This document shows, piece by piece, positions 15,279 to 23,523 of a DNA stretch of 26,038 nucleotides. Numbering within the stretch: the stretch's first letter is position 1; every line of letters begins with the position of its first letter. A model generated the notes under the pieces. That model worked only from the letters and a program-made list of their open reading frames with translations. It ran no database searches and had not been told where the DNA came from. A program made the position numbers and the translations under genes. Origin of the DNA: Desulfobacterales bacterium (lineage in GTDB: Bacteria; Desulfobacterota; Desulfobacteria; Desulfobacterales; JAZFSW01); assembly GCA_036446375.1 (NCBI GenBank), contig JAZFSW010000565.1:1-26038 (forward strand), given 5' to 3'.

Positions 15279-17723
15279 CTAGCCTTTCTCTAATGCGCGG
15301 AGCACCTTGTCCGGCGTGATCGGGAAATCATCGATCCATACGCCGATGGCATTGAAGACGGCAGGACCGACGAGGCTCGGTACGACCGTGGCAATATCTT
15401 CACCGATACCGACCACACCATAGGGGCCGTAGCCCATACCCGATTCCACCAGACGGGTATCGATGGGACCTAGATCGAGCATCGTGGCGATCTTATAATC
15501 GAGCAGGTTCCCGTTGAGCATGACGCCGGTCACCGGATCATGGATGACCTCTTCTGTGGTTCCCCGGCCGACACCCACGTAGGTTCCCCCGTATTGCTGG
15601 CCCGCGCAGGATGCGGGGTTGATCACCTTGCCCACGTCGTTGACATTGACAACATGCAGGACTTCGATTCCCCCCGTGTCTTTATCGACGGCAACTTCCA
15701 TAAAGTGCGCCTGCCGGCAGAACCGGGGGCGCGGCTGCTCGGGTTGATAGGTGCCCGTCTGGGCGTGGTAACCCATGGCGAACAAGGGGGCCGTAAACGG
15801 GGTCCGGGTTCCACCAGACTCGCCATCCGTCATGGGGCCGGCGCCCCTCGATGGCCCTACGAATTGGGCAAGCGGCATCGACTTGGAGGGATCATCCTTC
15901 CGGTAGATAACGCTGTCTTTCATATCCAGATCCTCGGGGTTCGCATCCTCAAAGGCGGGTGGGAACCCGCCCCGCTGGGTCACGGCGATCGGCGCTGTCG
16001 CAGCTCCCAGAATCTGGGCCTTCAACTGCCTGGCTGCGTGCCGGATCGCGAACCCATTTACCGACATGTTCGTGGAAGAGTCGGGTGTCATCCGAAAGAA
16101 GCCCGGGTCGATTTGGGGATTGTAGCTGACATCCTCCAGCCGCATCCCCAGTTCATCAGCGGCAATCTGGCAATAGGAGCTCTCCGCATCCACACCGTTA
16201 TCGCAGCCCATGGACAGGATGGTCGCCGTGCCGTCATGACGTTCAATTCGGATGGCCATCTCGCTCGAGCCGGCCGAATCATCCCATTCATGGGTCCAGG
16301 TAAAACCCAGGCCATGCATCCGGCCATCCGGCATTATTTCCTTTCCGGGAGGATGCCACTTTTTGTCCCAGCCGATGGCCTCCTTGCCCTTTTCGACGCA
16401 TTCTTTCAAACTGTGCCTTAAGGGGAATCCCTGTTCCTTTTTACGCTCATCGAGCCATTTCATGTCGTGACCGTCTGCGCCGTCGTTCAACAGTGCCACA
16501 TCCACCGGATCAAGCCCGAGCTCGGTGGCCACGTGGTCAAATATCAGGGTCAGAGCATGGGTCGCAGCATTCTGCTCACAACGGGTGGGCACCGTGGGTC
16601 CTTTGTTGGTCATCACGGTTTTCAGCGTACCGTGCAGGTTGGGTATCTTCGTGTTTTCATGAGCATGGCCGAGGACATTGAATACGGGCCACAACAGATT
16701 TGCCAATACCGTATGGGAGCGGACGGCGAGGATGGTGCCGTCGTTTTTGAAGCCGATCTTGTAATCGTAGACGCCTTCATCCATAGAACCGCCATAGAAA
16801 TCCTCACGTCGGGTGAAGGTCCACTTTACTGGGCTGCCGGTTCGCCTGGCGATTACCGCCGCGCAGTAGTTCCCGCCCATATTCCAGTTCACCTGGCTCC
16901 AGCCGCCGAAGCTGGCGCCCTGGGTAAGAAGATGGATCTTGATCCTGTTCATGGGGATGCCGCCGAACCAGGTCGAGACAACCCGTTTGACCACATGGGC
17001 TCTCTGTTGCTTGACCCAGAGTTCCGGATCTTCGCCGTTCCATCGGAAAACACCGCAGGGACGCTCAGGGCCAATCCAGGTATGCAGTCGCCGTACCGAC
17101 CGGAACTCGATAATTCTGTCCGATTCGGCAAATCCTTTTTCTACATCTCCGTGGCTGACGACGTCAAAGGAACCTTCGTTGTAATGGTTGCTCATCGGGG
17201 CCATCTCCGGTTTGGTCAGGGGGGCATCCGGCGCCAATGCCGCTTCGGGATCGAGTAGGAAGGGTCGCTCTTCCCAGTCCACCCGGACAAGGCTCAGGGC
17301 CTCTTCGGCAATGGCTTCCGTATCCGCTGCAATTGCCACACCGACCTCTTCTCCCTGGAAATGGGCAACCCGGGGAATGGGTGGTTCGAATGGCCATCCC
17401 GCATGTCCACCAAGATCGATCGCTTCCGGAAGTTCCGGATCATCGCACCGCAACACATACCTCACACCCGGCAGGTTCTCCGCCCTCCGGGTATCCATTT
17501 CTCTTATAACCGCATGGGGATGGGGGGATGTCAAAAAACGCATATGGAGCATGCCCGGCAATTGGACATCCATCGTGTATTCGGCAGATCCTCCCGCTTT
17601 GGCGACACCATCCAGGCGGCGCGGAATCCGCTTCCCGATGGCGTTGTATTCCTTTAGTGGATATTTGTCCGAGCCCAGATTGTCGAACATCTCTTCCATT
17701 TTCTTTGTCTCGTCATGAGACAT
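15279..17723 (-). CDS. Xanthine dehydrogenase/aldehyde oxidoreductase family molybdopterin-binding (large) subunit, 814 aa
   Basis: IGKRIPRRLDGVAKAGGSAEY, LTSPHPHA, FTRREDF, QIAADELG, VNDVGKVINP, NGNLLDYKI and the catalytic-Glu motif VVGIGE. Confidence 0.93.
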   Translation of the reverse strand: MSHDETKKMEEMFDNLGSDKYPLKEYNAIGKRIPRRLDGVAKAGGSAEYTMDVQLPGMLHMRFLTSPHPHAVIREMDTRRAENLPGVRYVLRCDDPELPEAIDLGGHAGWPFEPPIPRVAHFQGEEVGVAIAADTEAIAEEALSLVRVDWEERPFLLDPEAALAPDAPLTKPEMAPMSNHYNEGSFDVVSHGDVEKGFAESDRIIEFRSVRRLHTWIGPERPCGVFRWNGEDPELWVKQQRAHVVKRVVSTWFGGIPMNRIKIHLLTQGASFGGWSQVNWNMGGNYCAAVIARRTGSPVKWTFTRREDFYGGSMDEGVYDYKIGFKNDGTILAVRSHTVLANLLWPVFNVLGHAHENTKIPNLHGTLKTVMTNKGPTVPTRCEQNAATHALTLIFDHVATELGLDPVDVALLNDGADGHDMKWLDERKKEQGFPLRHSLKECVEKGKEAIGWDKKWHPPGKEIMPDGRMHGLGFTWTHEWDDSAGSSEMAIRIERHDGTATILSMGCDNGVDAESSYCQIAADELGMRLEDVSYNPQIDPGFFRMTPDSSTNMSVNGFAIRHAARQLKAQILGAATAPIAVTQRGGFPPAFEDANPEDLDMKDSVIYRKDDPSKSMPLAQFVGPSRGAGPMTDGESGGTRTPFTAPLFAMGYHAQTGTYQPEQPRPRFCRQAHFMEVAVDKDTGGIEVLHVVNVNDVGKVINPASCAGQQYGGTYVGVGRGTTEEVIHDPVTGVMLNGNLLDYKIATMLDLGPIDTRLVESGMGYGPYGVVGIGEDIATVVPSLVGPAVFNAIGVWIDDFPITPDKVLRALEKG

Positions 17724-17771
17724 CTTGGCGCCCCCTTCCAGCTACACGACGGTGTTCCTGAACCTCATGCA

Positions 17772-18032
17772 TCAGAACTCCATTCCGCCGGCCACTGCCA
17801 CAACCGCCCCGGTAATCATCCGGGCCTTATCCGAGGCGAGGAAAACCGCAAGGTTCCCGACACCCTCCGGCGTCTGCTCCTCGCCGAGGGGCACCTGCTG
17901 GGCAACCATCCCTTTGAAAATATCCCACTGCGATACATTGGCAAGTTCCGGGTTATTCTGTTTCATCTCGGCCGTCAGCATCTCCCATGCCCTGGTCCAG
18001 AGGAGCCCGGGGCAGAGTTCTCAAAAACTCAC
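17772..18032 (-). pseudogene. SDR relic: a gene start fused to the last ~83 codons of an SDR
   Basis: RBS AGGAG, then GTG AGT TTT TGA (in-frame stop at 18021-18023), then in-frame ELCPGLLWTRAWEML...VPLGEEQTPEGVGNLAVFLASDKARMITGAVVAVAGGMEF. This is an SDR C-terminus lacking the Rossmann fold and the YxxxK motif. Confidence 0.82.
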
Positions 18033-18041
18033 AGGATCTCC

Positions 18042-19004
18042 TTATTCCAATACCGCTTCGATGGCGGCCAAGACATCCTGGGGCTGGGGTAGAACTTCGG
18101 TTTCCAGGAAACCACCGGCAATGGGCAGGTTTGCCGCCGCCACCCTCTTAACCGGAGCATCCAGGTAGTCGAAGGCTTGCTCCATGATCTGAGAGGCGAT
18201 TTCACCGGTGACGCCGCATCGCAGCGTATCTTCATCAACCACCACCGCTCGACCGGTTTTCTTGACCGATTCGACAATGGTATCGATGTCGAAGGGTTCC
18301 AGGGTCCTCGGATCGATCACTTCGACACTGGCCTTATCCTTCAGTTTCTCTGCCGCTTGCAGGGCGAAATGAACCATTTGCCCGATGGCCACCACGGTTA
18401 CGTCCGATCCTTCCCGTTTGATATCCGCCTGGCCAAAGGGAATGGTATATTCCTCTTCGGGGACGTCCCCCGTAAGTCCAAACAATGCCTTGTGGTAGAA
18501 ATAGACCACCGGATTGTTGTCCCTGATGGCGGTTTTCATAAGACCCTTTGCATCGTAGGGGGTTGAGGGCACGACCAGTTTAAGTCCCGGGGTGTGCATA
18601 ACGACCGATTCAGGACATTGGGAGTGTTCCGGTCCTAATTTGAAACCACCGCCCATGGCGGCCAAGAAGACCACCGGCACATTGACTTTCTTGCCGTGGA
18701 GAAAATGCCACTTGGCTGCCTTCATAAAGATTTCATCTCCGGCGATCCACATAAAATCGGCGAACATAAAATCAGCCACCGGGCGATACCCGCACATGGC
18801 GGCCCCGATTGCGGCTCCGGCCACTGCCGTTTCTGCCAGAGGCGTATCCATGATGCGGTCCGGTCCGAACTGCTGGACCAAGCCACTGGTTTCGCCAAAG
18901 GTTCCCGCCTGAATGTCTTCGCCAATGCAGAATACCTTTTCATCTCGCTGCAATTCTTCTTTGAGGGCCTCGTTAATGGCCCCGGTCAGGGATAGTTGTC
19001 TCAT
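18042..19004 (-). CDS. ThDP-dependent dehydrogenase E1 beta subunit, 320 aa
   Basis: AINEALKEELQRD, IGEDI, DTPLAETAVAG, EHSQCPE, PSTPYDAKGLMKTAIRDNNPV and LDAPVKRVAA. RBS AAGGAGAGG present. Confidence 0.93.
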   Translation of the reverse strand: MRQLSLTGAINEALKEELQRDEKVFCIGEDIQAGTFGETSGLVQQFGPDRIMDTPLAETAVAGAAIGAAMCGYRPVADFMFADFMWIAGDEIFMKAAKWHFLHGKKVNVPVVFLAAMGGGFKLGPEHSQCPESVVMHTPGLKLVVPSTPYDAKGLMKTAIRDNNPVVYFYHKALFGLTGDVPEEEYTIPFGQADIKREGSDVTVVAIGQMVHFALQAAEKLKDKASVEVIDPRTLEPFDIDTIVESVKKTGRAVVVDEDTLRCGVTGEIASQIMEQAFDYLDAPVKRVAAANLPIAGGFLETEVLPQPQDVLAAIEAVLE

Positions 19005-19097
19005 CTTGTTACCTCTCCTTGAAGGGGTGAAATTGTCGCGTTCGTTGTATTGGGCACATCGATAATCGTTTGAACGGTATCCCGTTGTCGGGGTCTC

Positions 19098-20075
19098 TCA
19101 GTCGGCATACAGAGAGGCCCTCATAAGGGAAGCATCCGGCATGCCGCCTTCCGTCGCTTCGCGGTCCATTTCCGCTGCGGTCTCCTCCAGCTCCTTGTCG
19201 ATGCTTTCAATGTCCGCTTCGGTCAGCACCTGTTGTTCAATCAGTTTTTTCGCAAACGATTCGATCGGGTCTCGTTTCTTGAACGCTTCCACAATTTCGG
19301 GGGGTCTCGCTTCAATATGAAAAATATCGGGGGACCCTTCCGAATGGGTCCTGTATCGGGTGGTTTTCCCCTCGACCAGGGTCGGTCCGTCTCCGGCCCG
19401 GGCTCTTTCCACCGCCGCCTGCACGACTTCTTGCACCGCCAGAACGTCCATGCCGTCCACCACCACCCCCGGCATGTCGTAGCCCGCTGCCAGATCGGCG
19501 ATATCCTCCTTGGGGTAGGCATCCTTGATGGGGGTGTATTGGGCAACGCCGTTATTGTCGCAAACCCAGACGATGGGTAGTTTCCAAAGAGCCGAGAGGT
19601 TGAATGCTTCGTGTAGGGTTCCGCGGTTGGAACTACCGTCACCAAAGCAACCCACCGCCACTTGGGCCCGGCCGTTCTTCTTGGCGGCCAAACCCCAGCC
19701 GAGGGTCATGGGAAACACGGAACCGATGGTTCCGGCTGCTCCCAGGACTCCCTTGGAGGGATCAGCGTTGTGAAACCCGGTGAAACCATTGCAGGAACCG
19801 TTTGCTTTCCCGTAGTGCTCGGCGAGGAATTCCATGCCTGAACCTCCTTTGGAAAGGAGGTAGACGATACCGTGGCCCCGATGATGACAGTATATATAAT
19901 CGTCATCGTTCAAGAACGAGGCGACCCCTGCCGCCAATCCTTCCGACCCCTGGCCACTGTGGTAAAAGGCCAGAACTTTCCCCGTTGCCATTCCAGCGAT
20001 GACTAACTGATCGATCTTTCGGCCCAACAGCATGTTTCTGTACAACAAAATCAGATCTTCTTTAGCAAGCGTCAT
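19098..20075 (-). CDS. ThDP-dependent dehydrogenase E1 alpha subunit, 325 aa
   Basis: HSGQGSE, HHRGHG, GDGSSNRG...CDNNG (ThDP motif), VDGMDV and TTRYRTHSEG. RBS AGGAGG present. Confidence 0.93.
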   Translation of the reverse strand: MTLAKEDLILLYRNMLLGRKIDQLVIAGMATGKVLAFYHSGQGSEGLAAGVASFLNDDDYIYCHHRGHGIVYLLSKGGSGMEFLAEHYGKANGSCNGFTGFHNADPSKGVLGAAGTIGSVFPMTLGWGLAAKKNGRAQVAVGCFGDGSSNRGTLHEAFNLSALWKLPIVWVCDNNGVAQYTPIKDAYPKEDIADLAAGYDMPGVVVDGMDVLAVQEVVQAAVERARAGDGPTLVEGKTTRYRTHSEGSPDIFHIEARPPEIVEAFKKRDPIESFAKKLIEQQVLTEADIESIDKELEETAAEMDREATEGGMPDASLMRASLYAD

Positions 20076-20242
20076 TGTTACCTCCTGTCAATTGTATTAC
20101 TGGTTATCATGCCGGTTCGCGCTGAGATCGGACTACAATTATAAGTGCTGAAGCACCCACATGGCAGGGCGGGATTGCGACGTATTGCAGCGCTGCCAGG
20201 GGGGATGCATCGGTCGATAGCATCTACAGTTTCGCGTGATCC

Positions 20243-20428
20243 CTATGAACGGCTTCCGCTATACTTGAGGCTGAATCCGGTAGACAACATTTCGCCCGAA
20301 ATCTCGTCGCCCTCTACGGTCCCCGTAACCGTCATCTGCATCGGCCCCGCAGGACCGGTAGCATCAAAGGTTACTGAAAAACTGTTGCCGTCCACCGTTC
20401 CGCCGTCAAAGGGTGTTTCGCTGATATC
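20243..20428 (-). pseudogene. 3' fragment of a small all-beta protein or domain, truncated at its 5' end by a repeat element
   Basis: DISETPFDGGTVDGNSFSVTFDATGPAGPMQMTVTGTVEGDEISGEMLSTGFSLKYSGSRS* is protein-like, with alternating beta-strand patterning. It has no RBS or ATG, and the ORF-track TTG start lies inside non-coding repeat-like DNA. Confidence 0.55.
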
Positions 20429-20490
20429 GTATGTCGAACGTCTTGCCAACCGCTATAACGCCGTAGATGGAGACTTTTTACGACGCCATC
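20429..20490 (-). repeat. One half of a GATGGC..CGTAAAAAGTC-type intergenic element
   Basis: The minus strand reads gatggcgtcgtaaaaagtctccatctacggcgtt...tcgacatac, starting at the RraA stop codon. No matching inverted end is seen nearby. The family assignment is from my recollection of deltaproteobacterial repeats. Confidence 0.5.
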
Positions 20491-21163
20491 AGTATTTGCC
20501 CATCATAAAATCCTCTGCATTGTAATCCGGTGACTGGCAATAGTCGATGATGCGCCGCTCGCCGTCTTCCACTTTCTTACACGCATCGGGTACTTCCCGG
20601 GCAATATCGTGGGGAATTGATACCACCCCGTGTTTGTCGGCGTGGAGCAGATCACCGTTATTCACCAGAAGGCCGCCCACTGTCACCGGTATTGCCGCAT
20701 CAACGATATGTGCATAGGCGTGGGTGGGAATCACGTCGGCAGCAAAGAAATGGAAAATCAGATCCCGGACTTCGTCCAGGTCCCGCACGCCGCCATCGGT
20801 AATAACGCCCAAACAACCGAGAGCTTTATGGATATTGCCGTTCACTTCTCCCCACAAGGAGCCGATACACTTGGGCTCATCCAGATCCTGGATAACGACA
20901 ATCCGGGGACCTTGTGTCGCATGGATATTGGCCCAGTGCTGCGGTGTCCCCCCCCAATCTCCTTTTGGAAGCGGGGTATTGGCCACTATCGTTGCCGTGC
21001 AGGCGTAGCCGACCATCGGTTCGAATTCCGGATACATGCACCGGATACCCAGCATAAATCCTTCGTTTCGGGGTCTGACGTCAAATTCCTCGATCGCATT
21101 GGCAATTGCGGGTGTCGGCCATGCTCCAAGGGCCTGAAACTCTGCATCTGTTAAAGGTTCCAT
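20489..21163 (-). CDS. RraA family / 4-hydroxy-4-methyl-2-oxoglutarate aldolase-like protein, 224 aa
   Basis: TPAIANAIE, MVGYACT, IVVIQD, SLWGEVN, GVITDGGVRDLDEV and GDLLHADKHGVVSIP. RBS GGAGG present. Confidence 0.88.
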   Translation of the reverse strand: MEPLTDAEFQALGAWPTPAIANAIEEFDVRPRNEGFMLGIRCMYPEFEPMVGYACTATIVANTPLPKGDWGGTPQHWANIHATQGPRIVVIQDLDEPKCIGSLWGEVNGNIHKALGCLGVITDGGVRDLDEVRDLIFHFFAADVIPTHAYAHIVDAAIPVTVGGLLVNNGDLLHADKHGVVSIPHDIAREVPDACKKVEDGERRIIDYCQSPDYNAEDFMMGKY

Positions 21164-21187
21164 GTATCTTCCTCCGTTTATTTTCTG

Positions 21188-21420
21188 GTTTCTTTCCCGA
21201 TCAGACTGGTCTCCCGCTTACAGCGGGACCTCATGTTTTGCCAGAGGCGGTGCTCGTATGAAACTACGTTTCAGGGTTCAGGGTTTTGGGTTCAAAGGTT
21301 CAGGGCTTGGTCCTTCATTTCACGCCTGGGCGTGATTGGGCGTTCGATGTTGGACGTTCAGCTCTTGCTCCGTTTCTTCGCCGATCAGACGGGCCGTTTT
21401 TGGGCCGAGGCGGCGCTTAT
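21188..21420 (+). repeat. Composite intergenic repeat block: family A copies 3 and 4 flanking short-period repeats
   Basis: gatcagac...gcc(a/g)..ggcgg.gct copies at 21188-21260 and 21382-21420. ggtt-cored 7-8-mers (cagggtt, cagggtt, ttgggtt, caaaggtt) at about 21272-21306, and gttcgatgttggacgttc at about 21342-21359. Confidence 0.72.
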
Positions 21421-21427
21421 CCGGTGA

Positions 21428-22444
21428 CTATCCCCATTTTGTACTTGGCGGAAGCGTTAGCGCTTGGGGCACATCGATATTGGTGGGAATACCTTCTTCT
21501 TCGAAGATACGGTCAATCGCTGCACGGTCCGCCTCGGTCAGCGTCCATTCTGCGGCGACAACATTTTCAACGAGCTCTTTCTCATTGCGCATGCCGACCA
21601 GGGAGACAGTAACCGCCGGGTTGCCGATCGCCCAGGCGATCGCCAGCTGGGCCAGCGTCTTTCCGTAGCCCGCTGCAAGTTCGGCAAGCCGTTCACCAAG
21701 CTTAAGCTCTTTGAGGATAACCTCGCGGTCCAACAGCGGTAGCCCGAAGGCCTGTGTGTGGCTTCGCCAATCGTCGTCGCCGAAGGTCGTCTCTGGTGTT
21801 ATTTCGCCGCTAAGCAGTCCGAAGGCAAGGGTGCCGTAACCCATGAAGGCGATACCGCTCTCAAGGCAATAAGGGAACATCTCTTTCTCCATGCGACGGT
21901 CGAGTAGGTTATAGCCCACCTGGGAGGTTGTCAAATCGCCGCTCTTCCGAGCGGTTTCCAGCATTGCAGGATCATGGTTGGAAAGACCCCAGTGGCGGAT
22001 TTTGCCATCCTTCTTGAGCTGTTCCAGTGCTCCGACGGTTTCCTCAAGGGGTGTCGTGTGGTCCGCCAATGAATTAAATGCAGGTCGATGACGTCCGTCT
22101 GAAGCCGTTTCAGGCAGCCTTCAGTCCGTTCGATAACGTTGTCATGCTTGGAATTCAGGCCCATGACGTAGCCTTCAGGGGCGAAACCGAAGCCGACCTT
22201 GCTGACCAAGGTAATGTCTTTGCGCTTGTCCCCTAGTGCTTTGGCAAGGAGCTCTTCCGAGTTGAAGGGCCCGTAGCACTCGGGCGGTGTCAATAAGGGT
22301 GATGCCATGGTCGATAGCAGCGTGAATAGCCCGGGTTACCTCATCGGGATCAATATCTCCGTAGTCCGTCATGCTCATCTCCCAGGTACCGAAACCGATG
22401 GGAGAACAGGTTAGATCCGTATTCCCCATTGTGCGTTGTTCCAT
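21428..22444 (-). pseudogene. Aldo/keto reductase, about 338 aa, interrupted by two compensating frameshifts (pseudogene or sequencing error)
   Basis: Three overlapping ORFs join into one AKR: IGFGTWEM...LIDTA / ECYGPFNSEELLAKAL...SKVG...LKRLQTDVIDLHLIHW / PDHTTPLEETVGAL...GLSN...QVGYNLLDRR. There is an extra C near 22283 (gcccgag) and a missing C near 22065 (tggcggac). Confidence 0.9.
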
Positions 22445-22479
22445 AATGTAGCTTCCTCGTCTGTTATGGCATTTGTAGA

Positions 22480-23202
22480 TTATGCGACAAGCAATAACCC
22501 CACGGTGGAAGCGCAGGGAATCTCATCCGGGGTGTTGGTGTGGCCCCCAATGTAGACCATATCCCAGCCAAGAGGCAGAATCGTACCGATGACATCAATG
22601 GCCATTGCTTCCATAGCCGGCCGGACCTTCAGGAAATTGCGGCACGTCTTGCCTTTAAGTACGGCGCAATCGGGGCTCTCACCCGTAAAACCACATGTGC
22701 CCGTCTGCAAGCCGGTGCAGGGACCGGCCGAAAAACTCACCGCCTGTCTGTAGCCCATGCTGTTGGCCCAGGCCTCGATCTGGTTGCAGACACCGGTGTT
22801 GTCTATGAAATGGCCTCTCACGTTTTTCACCCAATTTGGCACGAAAGACGGGTCCTCTTCAGTAAAGGCGTCCGGTTTCATAGAGAAATCCTCCACAGGA
22901 ACATCCATCTGGAACACAATTCCGTACCGGAAGCTGTGGATCACCCTTCGACACTCATCAACCGGCGGTGTATTTGGTGGACAATTGGGACTGCTGCCGA
23001 TGCCGAAACAAATCGGGTAGAGGCATTTCCAGCGGACCTTCTCATCCACGATAATGTCTTTTGCCGAGATGACAGCCGCCCGGTTGACACCTTCCAACCC
23101 TTCCATCTTCTTACGCAGCGTCTCCAGGTCTTCTTGCAGCTGCACCTCAAAGGCTTTTTCGGCCTGATACGTCGGCATGAAGTCTTTCTTGATTTTTGTC
23201 AC
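22480..23202 (-). CDS. DUF2284-type Cys-rich predicted metal-binding protein, 240 aa
   Basis: IIVDEKVRWKC-x4-C...SPNCPP, AGPC, C...CRNFLKVRPAMEAMAIDV. GTG start behind RBS GAGGAGG. Confidence 0.78.
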   Translation of the reverse strand: MTKIKKDFMPTYQAEKAFEVQLQEDLETLRKKMEGLEGVNRAAVISAKDIIVDEKVRWKCLYPICFGIGSSPNCPPNTPPVDECRRVIHSFRYGIVFQMDVPVEDFSMKPDAFTEEDPSFVPNWVKNVRGHFIDNTGVCNQIEAWANSMGYRQAVSFSAGPCTGLQTGTCGFTGESPDCAVLKGKTCRNFLKVRPAMEAMAIDVIGTILPLGWDMVYIGGHTNTPDEIPCASTVGLLLVA

Positions 23203-23523
23203 TTCTTCCTCCTATAGACCGAAACGATTGTGAAGTGTTGGGTTTCAGCCTGTGGTTGATGTCCTCTTCTGTTTACAATAGAAATCTGATTCCGTTAATT
23301 GTTAGCCGTCGCTGCATTACCAAAGAATCCGTATCTACAATCTGTGCTTCAAACGTTGCGTCAACCGGATCATATCTATAGGTTTTAAGACCTGTAGAAT
23401 CAACCCTTCGAACCCCTTTCTCCAGCTTGTTTGGAGATGATCCATTACCGCTTACGCAACTTCTCATCTGCTTCCTTGAGCATCTCATCGCCTGTCGTCC
23501 CTTCTGAATAGACGGCAATCTGC

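Noticed and set aside
15279-17723. Calling the Mo enzyme an aerobic CO dehydrogenase (coxL)
   Set aside because: Only the RC of the AYxCSFR signature is present, and there are no coxM, coxS or coxDEFG genes in the window.
18021-18023. In-frame TGA as possible selenocysteine read-through
   Set aside because: Read-through would give only an 86 aa SDR tail with no catalytic residues, and no SECIS-like hairpin is evident. A deletion junction explains it better.
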